From the NCBI GenBank assembly GCA_963977445.1, contig CAXBPH010000187.1, forward strand, positions 1-14,111: 14,111 nt of DNA. The letters are read 5' to 3'. The translations under genes and the position numbers were made by a program. Shown here piece by piece: positions 1 to 6,662 of the stretch; within the stretch, counting starts at the first letter, position 1, and the number at the start of each line of letters is the position of its first letter. A model generated the notes under the pieces. That model had not been told where the DNA came from, did not search any database, and saw nothing but the letters and a program-made list of their open reading frames with translations. The stretch comes from an uncultured bacterium (GTDB lineage: Bacteria > Hydrogenedentota > Hydrogenedentia > Hydrogenedentales > JAEUWI01).

Positions 1-246
1 TGGGTGCTTAAAGGGTCTCCCTTCAGCTCCGTGGCCTACCTCCTGCTGGCGGGGATACCGGTAGCCGGAATCATTTACGGAATAGCCCGGGCGGCGGCAC
101 TACAACGGCGCACCTTTCTCGTGCGTCATTATCCCACCCGGTTGTGTTCGACGTACTTTAACTTCCTCGGTCGACAGGTCGATTCGTATGAATCAGCGGT
201 CAATGGACTGGAAACCAGAACGGGACAATTACCGTCTAATTTATGA
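1..246 (+). CDS. Possible 3' end of a membrane-associated hypothetical protein (truncated by window edge)
   Basis: Frame 1 is open from base 1 to TGA at 244-246, has a hydrophobic stretch (VAYLLLAGIPVAGIIYGIA) and is co-oriented with the next genes. No recognisable motif. Confidence 0.35.
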   Translation, partial: WVLKGSPFSSVAYLLLAGIPVAGIIYGIARAAALQRRTFLVRHYPTRLCSTYFNFLGRQVDSYESAVNGLETRTGQLPSNL

Positions 247-311
247 TGTTCGATTGAAATGTTTCCAGTGTGCGTTGGTGCGGCAACAATGGCAGAAAAA
301 GGAGCGAAAAT

Positions 312-1055
312 ATGAACTACAACCCTATCATCTATTTACTTCCAGTGGCCTTGACCTTGTCTGCGTTGGTAACGCCTGTCATTGCCGCAGAGGAAGAAGA
401 GCCTATCACCATCGAGTTGCCCGAAGCTTTTTTTGGCGGCACCCCCCTGCCCTATTGGAGCGCCAATTTTGAGCCAACCGACTACAAAGATAGAAAGCCC
501 TTTCTGGCCCCGAAAGGAACAACGATCGTTTCGAAGGACCAACCGGTTTCAGGAAGTGCGGAACCACTCGTGGGTACGCTCGCTCAATTGACGGATGGTG
601 ACAAAGCCTATACCCCCGAAAGTGGCGTGCAGTTGCCTGAGGGCATTCAGTGGGTGCAGGTGGACCTGGGCGAAAGCAACGCCATTTACGCCGTGCTGGT
701 CTGGCATTTTCATGCGGACAACCGAGTCTACTTCGATTTCGTGGCGCAAATCTCTGACGACCCCACTTTTGAGAAAGAGGTAACTACCATTTACAACAAC
801 GACCTCGACAATTCCGCCGGGCTGGGCGAAGGGAAAGATATGGAGTACGTTGAGGACGCCAAGGGCCGTCTTATCGATGCCAAGGGGACTAAGGGGCGCT
901 ATGTTCGCGTCTATGGCAACGGCAATACGGCCAATTTGTTCAACGACTTTATGGAGATTGAGGTCGGGGGTAAGTGGGTCAGACGGCCGGTGCCCTGCCA
1001 CTCTATTTCGGATGTGAATAAATGGCCCGATAATTTCGTCTGGGTATTAGCATGA
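312..1055 (+). CDS. Secreted discoidin (F5/8 type C)/galactose-binding-like domain protein, paralog 1; true stop probably at 975-977
   Basis: AAGGAG at 299-304 precedes ATG 312. Sec-type signal peptide (MNYNPIIYLLPVALTLSALVTPVIA). Discoidin-like motifs LTDGD, QWVQVDLG, GRYVRVY, EIEV. About 69% identical (132/192, ungapped) to the next gene. Confidence 0.8.
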   Translation: MNYNPIIYLLPVALTLSALVTPVIAAEEEEPITIELPEAFFGGTPLPYWSANFEPTDYKDRKPFLAPKGTTIVSKDQPVSGSAEPLVGTLAQLTDGDKAYTPESGVQLPEGIQWVQVDLGESNAIYAVLVWHFHADNRVYFDFVAQISDDPTFEKEVTTIYNNDLDNSAGLGEGKDMEYVEDAKGRLIDAKGTKGRYVRVYGNGNTANLFNDFMEIEVGGKWVRRPVPCHSISDVNKWPDNFVWVLA

Positions 1056-1071
1056 ACTTAGCAGATTATTT

Positions 1072-1080
1072 TGCTACAAT
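1072..1080 (+). promoter_or_regulatory. Candidate extended -10 element (TG-C-TACAAT) for paralog 2
   Basis: TGnTAnAAT match in an AT-rich intergenic region about 80 nt upstream of ATG 1163. Confidence 0.35.
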
Positions 1081-1162
1081 ATGCGCCAATGCGGCTTAAG
1101 ACTTAGACTATGGCACCAATTTACACTCGTTTAGAACCACTGGTAGTAAAAGGAGAAATAAT

Positions 1163-1828
1163 ATGAGTAAAACACGTTTTGGAATCAGCCTGGTCATGAC
1201 CATGTTGGTTTGCAGCCTGGTTGCCCCGGCAGCGCTGGCCGAAGACATGGAAGCTATCAAGATTGAACTGCCCGAAGCTTTCTTCGGCGGTACACCCATC
1301 GATTATTGGGGTCCCAATCTTGAACCAGAAGACTACAAAGATCGCCCTGATTTCATGGCCCCCAAGGGCACGGCCATCCTTTCCAAGGATAAGGCCGTCA
1401 CCGCCAGTGCCGACCCCACGGTTGGCGAAATCAAGCAGCTCACGGATGGCGACAAGGACTATGCCAAGACGAGCCTTGTAGAGCTTCCCGAAGGCCTTCA
1501 GTGGGTGCAGGTTGACCTCGAAAAGTCCGCCAGTGTCTATGCCGTCGTCGTGTGGAAGTTCCACGAAGGCAAACGCGTCTACTTCGACCTTGTGGCCCAG
1601 GTTTCTGATGACCCTGAGTTCAAAGAAGGCGTAACGACGATTTACAACAATGACTTCGATAATTCCGCTGGTCTGGGCGTTGGCGAAGACAACGAATACG
1701 TCGAAAGCAACAAAGGTCGCCTGATTGACGCCAAGGGCGCCAAGGGTCGTTACATTCGTGTATACGGCAAAGGCGGCACGGCCAACGACTTCAATCACTT
1801 CATCGAAGTGGAAGTCTGGGGCAAGTAA
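1163..1828 (+). CDS. Secreted discoidin (F5/8 type C)/galactose-binding-like domain protein, paralog 2
   Basis: AAGGAG RBS at ~1149-1154. Signal peptide ending in ALA. Motifs LTDGD, QWVQVDL, GRYIRVY, EVEVWGK-stop. Followed by a terminator. Confidence 0.85.
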   Translation: MSKTRFGISLVMTMLVCSLVAPAALAEDMEAIKIELPEAFFGGTPIDYWGPNLEPEDYKDRPDFMAPKGTAILSKDKAVTASADPTVGEIKQLTDGDKDYAKTSLVELPEGLQWVQVDLEKSASVYAVVVWKFHEGKRVYFDLVAQVSDDPEFKEGVTTIYNNDFDNSAGLGVGEDNEYVESNKGRLIDAKGAKGRYIRVYGKGGTANDFNHFIEVEVWGK

Positions 1829-1851
1829 GCCACCACGATAACCAAGAATGC

Positions 1852-1893
1852 CGCCCCCCGAATGGAATCATTCGGGGGGCGTTTGGTTTTGTT
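1852..1893 (+). terminator. Rho-independent terminator
   Basis: Perfect 13-bp stem CGCCCCCCGAATG/CATTCGGGGGGCG, 4-nt loop, followed by TTTGGTTTTGTTT, 23 nt after the stop codon. Confidence 0.85.
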
Positions 1894-1968
1894 TGGACGA
1901 AGAATTTTGGGAGCATCTTCGGTTATTCAGGCATACGCAGCCAGTACAGTATCCCCTGATTGAAACTG

Positions 1969-1993
1969 CTGAGGTGAGCTACACCGACAACCC
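1969..1993. repeat. 25-bp short hairpin motif, degenerate copy 1 of 4
   Basis: CTGAGGTGAGCTACACCGACAACCC matches 2413-2437 and 2938-2962 at 20/25 positions. Confidence 0.6.
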
Positions 1994-2131
1994 AGAAGTC
2001 GCTGGGATGATTGTGGAGCGACTCGGGTTTTAGACTTCGCAACTCATGGTTCTGTTTTGATATCGCCGTCGACATCGGCGTAGGTGACGGCCGCCCAAGT
2101 CGATTAAATTGGACGTGGCAAGATTCATTTT

Positions 2132-2146
2132 TTAACCACAAAGAAC
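2132..2146. repeat. Detached outer arm of the ACAAAG-periodic palindrome
   Basis: TTAACCACAAAGAAC is the exact reverse complement of 2922-2936 and a 14/15 match to 2397-2411. Confidence 0.7.
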
Positions 2147-2171
2147 TTAGAGCAGCCGTTGGCCGCAACCA
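2147..2171. repeat. 25-bp short hairpin motif, variant copy 2 of 4
   Basis: TTAGA-GCAGCC-GTT-GGCCGC-AACC has the same layout as CTAAG-GTGAGC-TAC-GCCCGC-AGCC (YTARR, 6-bp imperfect stem, 3-nt loop, ARCC) but a different stem sequence. Confidence 0.5.
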
Positions 2172-2184
2172 AATTGAGATGGGT

Positions 2185-2270
2185 CGTCTTTCCCGCGCAC
2201 GCGGGAATCCAGCGGGTATCATTGGCGTCTGTGTTCGCGTTACTGGATCCCCGCGTTCGCGAGGATGACG
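2185..2270. repeat. REP-like inverted doublet (CGTC..TCCCGC-N-GCGGGAATCCAG type)
   Basis: 2185-2212 and 2243-2270 are inverted copies (23/28), each internally palindromic, with a 30-nt spacer. Resembles the widespread CGTC-type / dRS3-like ATTCCC-N8-GGGAAT repeats. Confidence 0.75.
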
Positions 2271-2348
2271 GCTCTATAAGATGTGCGGGGGTAATATGTT
2301 ATGAAGGTTCTCTCCAATAAATCTTTGCAAAAAAGTAAGAAAATTCCG

Positions 2349-2437
2349 GATAGTAGTACAAAGAGCACAGAGATAGATTTCTTTTGTGCTCTTTGTGTTC
2401 TTTGTGATTAATCTAAGGTGAGCTACGCCCGCAGCCC
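2349..2437. repeat. 89-bp direct repeat, copy A (15-bp stem/9-nt loop hairpin plus 25-bp motif copy 3)
   Basis: 86/89 identical to 2874-2962. Confidence 0.95.
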
Positions 2438-2445
2438 AAATATTT

Positions 2446-2473
2446 TTACCACGAAGATACGAAGATCACGAAG
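2446..2473. repeat. Half element of the periodic ACRAAG palindrome family
   Basis: TTACCACGAAGATACGAAGATCACGAAG contains three ACGAAG units at 8-9 nt period, parallel to TTAACCACAAAGAACACAAAGAGCACAGAG. Confidence 0.55.
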
Positions 2474-2498
2474 GAAGAAGAAAACGGACGTGCTCAAC

Positions 2499-2702
2499 AG
2501 GGGGTTGACCATTCCCACCACGGCGCGTCTTCGACCTGGTCGACATAAGGCCCACGTCAGGTTCCACGGGGCCCGTGATGTTGTTCAGGTGATGTGAAGT
2601 TCCAAGCGCCATTTTTTGGCACTTCCCGCCCTTTCGCCATGGACAGGGGGGGACACGAAAATCACCGTGCCTTTTGTGTCGACCAGGAATGGTCAACCCC
2701 CT
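2499..2702. repeat. ~200-bp element bounded by inverted REP-like units (REPIN/MITE-like)
   Basis: Perfect 17-bp inverted repeat AGGGGGTTGACCATTCC (2499-2515)/GGAATGGTCAACCCCCT (2686-2702). Pairing continues as TGGTCGACA/TGTCGACCA after a 21-nt extra segment in the left unit. Confidence 0.75.
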
Positions 2703-2873
2703 TAGTTTTTCGGTGTTTCGCTTGGGCTGTCTTGCTTTCAATATTGCATTGTTTCATCCGTGGCCAGAATTCGGAATTTCTCCGATCCTGATTTACGATT
2801 GTAACCTTAAGAATGACAAGCTGATACAAACTCTTGCGATCCTTTTTCTTGTTCAAAATGCAAGATAATGGCA

Positions 2874-2962
2874 GATAGTAGTACAAAGAGCACAGAGATA
2901 GATTTCCTCTGTGCTCTTTGTGTTCTTTGTGGTTAATCTAAGGTGAGCTACGCCCGCAGCCC
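2874..2962. repeat. 89-bp direct repeat, copy B (includes 25-bp motif copy 4)
   Basis: 86/89 identical to 2349-2437. Contains the perfect stem ACAAAGAGCACAGAG (2883-2897)/CTCTGTGCTCTTTGT (2907-2921). Confidence 0.95.
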
Positions 2963-3059
2963 GGAAATCGCCCGCGTTGATGTCAATGAAAACAGGCTCG
3001 TATTTCCCATGAAATAAAAACGTTACGAGCGTTGTCGGCAATGACTGTACCGAAAGGTC

Positions 3060-3650
3060 CTAGCCTTCTCCCCCAGGGGCCTTTTGCTTCGCCACGAAGG
3101 CATCCAGAACGCCCGTCCGCGTGCGATGTCCCGAAGGTCGCCCCGAGATGCCATCAACGATCTTGATGTCGATGACGCCTTTCTTACGGGCGAAATAGTA
3201 GACCCAGAGGGGGTAAAGAATGGTCTCCCGTTCAACGACGGCTCCGGCAACCGGTTTGCCCCCCAACCGACTGCGTTGTCGCATGATGGTATGGAGCAGG
3301 TTATCCCGGGCATGGGACTCGCAGTCTTCGAGGTGCAGCCGAGGAGCGAATACTTCGCCTTTTTCCGGTGGGCTGTCGATGAGTTCGCCGCCCAATTGGA
3401 AAATGGCAAAGGCCCCGGACCACGCCTCTACGGAAACCTGCATGAGGCCGGGGTTTCTACGGGAGGTCATCTCAAGGGTGTAAATATGGTAGGGAAACCA
3501 TATTTGCTCGGTGTAGGGAAGTTCGCGGGAGCCGGTCAATGCCGCCGTTTTCTTGCCGTCGGTGAAGAGTCGACGCCATGCCATGGCACAGCCTTTGCCA
3601 CCGATCATGCGCACCGCATGTTCGGGTACCATCATCTCAAGTCGGCGCAT
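3060..3650 (-). CDS. Hypothetical soluble protein (196 aa) with an internal two-fold repeat
   Basis: ATG lies 1 nt after the upstream TGA, suggesting translational coupling. Repeated pattern IWFPYHIY...VEAWSG / ILYPLWVY...VDGISG. Confidence 0.75.
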   Translation of the reverse strand: MRRLEMMVPEHAVRMIGGKGCAMAWRRLFTDGKKTAALTGSRELPYTEQIWFPYHIYTLEMTSRRNPGLMQVSVEAWSGAFAIFQLGGELIDSPPEKGEVFAPRLHLEDCESHARDNLLHTIMRQRSRLGGKPVAGAVVERETILYPLWVYYFARKKGVIDIKIVDGISGRPSGHRTRTGVLDAFVAKQKAPGGEG

Positions 3651-3651
3651 A

Positions 3652-3873
3652 TCAGCTCAGGCGTTTCAGCAGTAACTTTCCATAGTACATGAATCCTGCG
3701 CCGATACCGGACAGAATAAATCCACCGGCTACACTGACTACCTTTTGAATCGGTGTATCGGCCCATAAGGTACCCAGAATAACGGGCAGGCCCAAGACCA
3801 CGAGAAACAGGCCCAAGACCAGGAACGTCTCGGCGTCTCGTTTGGTGTGTAAGTCTTTGTGTTCTTCACTCAT
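3652..3873 (-). CDS. Small membrane protein (73 aa, two predicted TM helices)
   Basis: AAGGA RBS 7 nt before ATG 3873. Hydrophobic segments FLVLGLFLVVLGLPVILGTLW and VVSVAGGFILSGIGAGFMYY, then a basic C-terminal tail. Confidence 0.8.
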   Translation of the reverse strand: MSEEHKDLHTKRDAETFLVLGLFLVVLGLPVILGTLWADTPIQKVVSVAGGFILSGIGAGFMYYGKLLLKRLS

Positions 3874-3964
3874 GCTGTTTTCCTTGGAGCTTCCCATATC
3901 GCATCCGCGTAGCGTGCGTCAGACGATAGGTCGTATCCGTCATTCAACCGACGTTCGAAAACTG

Positions 3965-4309
3965 TCAGGACCAAATCCAATAAATAATCATATGGGGCGA
4001 CATGGATACGAGGGTCCAGAGCCGCAGGTCGTAGAGAAGACCTTTTTTGGGTTGGTCAATATTTACATATTCTTTCTTCAGAATAAGCATCACCCATAGG
4101 ATGGTGCAAACAAAGAGGCCTACCGCAAAGAATTTGAAGACGGCGGGATCGGCACCGATAAAGAGGCGATCCACCGGGCTGAACAGGGTTTTCAGGGGGC
4201 CGCTGAAGGTGTGGTTGATGCCTTCAGAGAAACTACTGAGGGTTGCACCGAGCCAGTCCTGCTGTTGCGCTTCCGCGGCCACTTCTGCGACGATTTCTGT
4301 CTCTTCCAT
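3965..4309 (-). CDS. Small membrane protein (114 aa) coupled to the symporter
   Basis: Start overlaps the symporter stop (TAATG at 4311-4307). Hydrophobic segments FFAVGLFVCTILWVMLIL and LWTLVSMSPHMIIYWIW. Confidence 0.8.
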   Translation of the reverse strand: MEETEIVAEVAAEAQQQDWLGATLSSFSEGINHTFSGPLKTLFSPVDRLFIGADPAVFKFFAVGLFVCTILWVMLILKKEYVNIDQPKKGLLYDLRLWTLVSMSPHMIIYWIWS

Positions 4310-5901
4310 TACTCAACCCTTTCCTGGAGGACGCGCTGCATGTTGCCATCCTGCATAACCTGACCGAAAACCAGTCCACGAATTTTTTCTTCGGGTTCGG
4401 GGGGGGTCAGTAAACTTACGACTGCCGTCACTATCATGGAGAAAATGAAAGACCACCACGCTACAAAAAGGAAGGGGTCCTGAGAAGGGAAGACGCCTTC
4501 GGAGTTGTAAAGAATCGTCGTGAAGCAAACGCCCAAAAGGAGTCCGGCAAGGGCCCCCCACTGGTTTGCTCGCTTCCACATGATGCCCAGAAGAAGAATC
4601 GCGAACACCGGCCCCTGGAACATGGCCAATGCGGTCTGCACAAAGGTGTACATGGATTCTTTACCCGCAAGAAACGAGGAGAAATAGGCCCCAATCAGGA
4701 TGAACGCTACGGTACAGATACGACCCAGAACCAACAACGACGCTTCCGTGGGGCGCTTGCCCTTGGCGTAGTAAAAGGCTTTTCCGTAAATGTCGGACGT
4801 CCAAATGGTGGTGGCCGAGTTCAACGTGGAGTCTACACTGGACATGAGCGCAGCGAAAAGCGCGGCGAACATCAGCCCTTTGAGACCCGGAGGAAGCACT
4901 TTCGCAATCATCATGGGCGCAGCATCGTCACCGTTCTTCAGGTCGGGAATGAGGATTACTGCGGCCAGACCGGGAATGATAACCAGGGCGGGAATGAATA
5001 CCTTCAGGAAGCCGGCGAGGAGCATGCCGCCCTTGGCGTCCCATTCCGTACGGGCACCCAGGGTGCGCTGTACAATGGCCTGATTACCGGCCATATAACC
5101 CGTTGCCATGACAATACCCAGACCAAAGACGATACCTGTCCAGGGATAAGGTGTTTCAGAGTCGTGAGGCAGGAGCAGCGTGAAGTGATTCTCGTGGCCC
5201 GGCATGGCGAGAATGGTTTCGGTCATATGGGTCCAACCACCCACTTCTGCCAGGCAGAGTATGGACAGGGCGGCACCACCGACAAACATGACCACCAACT
5301 GGACCACGTCTGTCATAACCACAGCGGCAAGACCACCGGAAACGGTATAAATACCGGCTACGACGGCGATACCCCATACGTAATGCTCTTTACCAATACC
5401 TTCGATGTGGAGAACACTATCGAGCATAACGGCGGTCAGCCACAACATAACGGCCAGCATGACCAGAAGGAAAACACCCCAGATACTGGCGTGAATGAGC
5501 TGGACGCCCGCGTTGTAGCGTTTCCCCAGGAATTCGGGAATGGTAAACACACCCGCTCGCCAGAAATAGGGGATGAATATGAATGCGGCAAAGGCCATGG
5601 CGGGCATGGAGCCCATCCAATCGAAGTTTGCTGCCGCAATACCATATTTGTAACCTGCACCGGAAAGGGTCATGAAATCGGTTGCACCGATATCACTTAC
5701 GACCACGGACATGCCGATGGCCCAGAAGGGCAGGGCCTTGCTCGCGACGAAAAAGTCACCTGCCGACTTGACATATTTTCCGAAAAAGGTGCCGAGTGCA
5801 AGGGTACCCACCACGTAGATCCCGATAATGACCAAATCAATGGCGTGTAGCACGCTATCGCCTGATTGGCCCAAGGCGGCCTGGGCTAGTTGTTCTTCCA
5901 T
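4309..5901 (-). CDS. Sodium:solute symporter (SSS/SLC5 family), SGLT/sugar-like branch
   Basis: 530 aa with roughly 13-14 hydrophobic segments. Family motifs DFFVASKALPFWAIGMS, TIPEFLGKRY, GGLAAVVMTDVVQ, NQAIVQR, AALMSSVDSTLNS. Confidence 0.95.
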   Translation of the reverse strand: MEEQLAQAALGQSGDSVLHAIDLVIIGIYVVGTLALGTFFGKYVKSAGDFFVASKALPFWAIGMSVVVSDIGATDFMTLSGAGYKYGIAAANFDWMGSMPAMAFAAFIFIPYFWRAGVFTIPEFLGKRYNAGVQLIHASIWGVFLLVMLAVMLWLTAVMLDSVLHIEGIGKEHYVWGIAVVAGIYTVSGGLAAVVMTDVVQLVVMFVGGAALSILCLAEVGGWTHMTETILAMPGHENHFTLLLPHDSETPYPWTGIVFGLGIVMATGYMAGNQAIVQRTLGARTEWDAKGGMLLAGFLKVFIPALVIIPGLAAVILIPDLKNGDDAAPMMIAKVLPPGLKGLMFAALFAALMSSVDSTLNSATTIWTSDIYGKAFYYAKGKRPTEASLLVLGRICTVAFILIGAYFSSFLAGKESMYTFVQTALAMFQGPVFAILLLGIMWKRANQWGALAGLLLGVCFTTILYNSEGVFPSQDPFLFVAWWSFIFSMIVTAVVSLLTPPEPEEKIRGLVFGQVMQDGNMQRVLQERVE

Positions 5902-6055
5902 TCATCACGTTCCCGGTTAATGCCGAAGTTCGTCGGGATTACAACAATCCCTGTGGGGGCACCACTATGCCATAATCCGGTTGGTTTTCGCAAGAACCGC
6001 CCATAAAAACCATCAAAGCTACGATATGGTACGAAGAGTTGCCCAAAATTTGCCC

Positions 6056-6114
6056 ATTATGAGAATAAGAGTACAGAGACCATTCTGCTCTGTACTCTTT
6101 TGTATTCTAATAAT
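6056..6114. repeat. Long intergenic hairpin related to the 89-bp repeat stem; possible terminator for the DinB pair
   Basis: Inner stem AAGAGTACAGAG (6067-6078)/CTCTGTACTCTT (6088-6099) with a 9-nt loop. Outer stem ATTATGAGAAT/ATTCTAATAAT. Lies 22 nt past the DinB stop. Confidence 0.7.
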
Positions 6115-6136
6115 CAGGATGCAGGACCGATGGACC

Positions 6137-6640
6137 TTAATCCAGCTTGGCCATCATGCCAATCTGGCCACGGTGGTAGGCGTCGTGCTGAATCATGATA
6201 GATAACGTTGTATCAATACTGGAGAAGAAATCGCGCAATTGGTCGGGCAGCTTGCCTGGCAAGGGATCGGAAAGAACGGAGTCGTCCATTTTGCGAATGC
6301 CGGCGATGGTCTGATCAAAAACGTTGTTGTACGTCGTTATTACCTCGTCCCAACCCGGATACTCATCTGGATTGGTGCTGGGCGTTTTTCCACCGGCGAA
6401 GTCGGGCGCAAAGAGGACCGAATGTTCGCGACTCAATACCGATCCTTCTTCCAGTGTGTAGACGAGGACCAAGGTGTTTACCGTGTTCGCCATGTGACCC
6501 AGCAGCCAAATGGGCGTGGCTTTACCTTCTTGTAGCTGCTTGAATCGATGGGTTTCTGGGACGCCTTCGGCCACCTGCAGGGTGTGTTTGCGGGCACCTT
6601 CAAGCAGATCAGCATATAAGGAAACGCGGGTATTGCTCAT
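6137..6640 (-). CDS. DinB/YfiT-like superfamily protein, paralog A
   Basis: 167 aa with the WLLGH and HDAYHRGQ His-triad motifs. GGAG RBS upstream. Confidence 0.9.
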   Translation of the reverse strand: MSNTRVSLYADLLEGARKHTLQVAEGVPETHRFKQLQEGKATPIWLLGHMANTVNTLVLVYTLEEGSVLSREHSVLFAPDFAGGKTPSTNPDEYPGWDEVITTYNNVFDQTIAGIRKMDDSVLSDPLPGKLPDQLRDFFSSIDTTLSIMIQHDAYHRGQIGMMAKLD

Positions 6641-6662
6641 GGGGGTCTTCTCCAGTCTGGTG

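Noticed and set aside
270..311. Longer ORF-track starts (270, and likewise 3897, 7217, 8771)
   Set aside because: The downstream ATGs at 312, 3873, 7166 and 8822 have clear Shine-Dalgarno sequences. For 312, 7166 and 8822 they also give a proper signal peptide or a paralog-matched length.
2499..2702. 6S RNA or SRP RNA (about 200 nt with paired ends; minus-strand CACATCACCTGAAC recalls E. coli 6S)
   Set aside because: The terminal pairing is explained by two inverted REP-like units. I could not build the 6S rod with central bubble or find the SRP GNRA/AGCAG motif. An Rfam scan is needed to exclude these formally.
1969..2962. CRISPR array or classical integron attC array
   Set aside because: Spacings are long and irregular (178-525 bp), repeats are degenerate or too long, no clear RYYYAAC...GTTRRRY boxes or cassette ORFs were seen, and there is no cas or intI gene in the window.
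1848..3041. Short ORFs across the repeat region (e.g. 1923-2222, 2466-2741, 2853-3041)
   Set aside because: They translate terminator and repeat DNA (e.g. TTKNTKSTE, MIPAGFPRARE), overlap one another and lack convincing RBSs.
3084..3692. 202-aa plus-strand ORF
   Set aside because: Antisense to the translationally coupled minus-strand operon genes.
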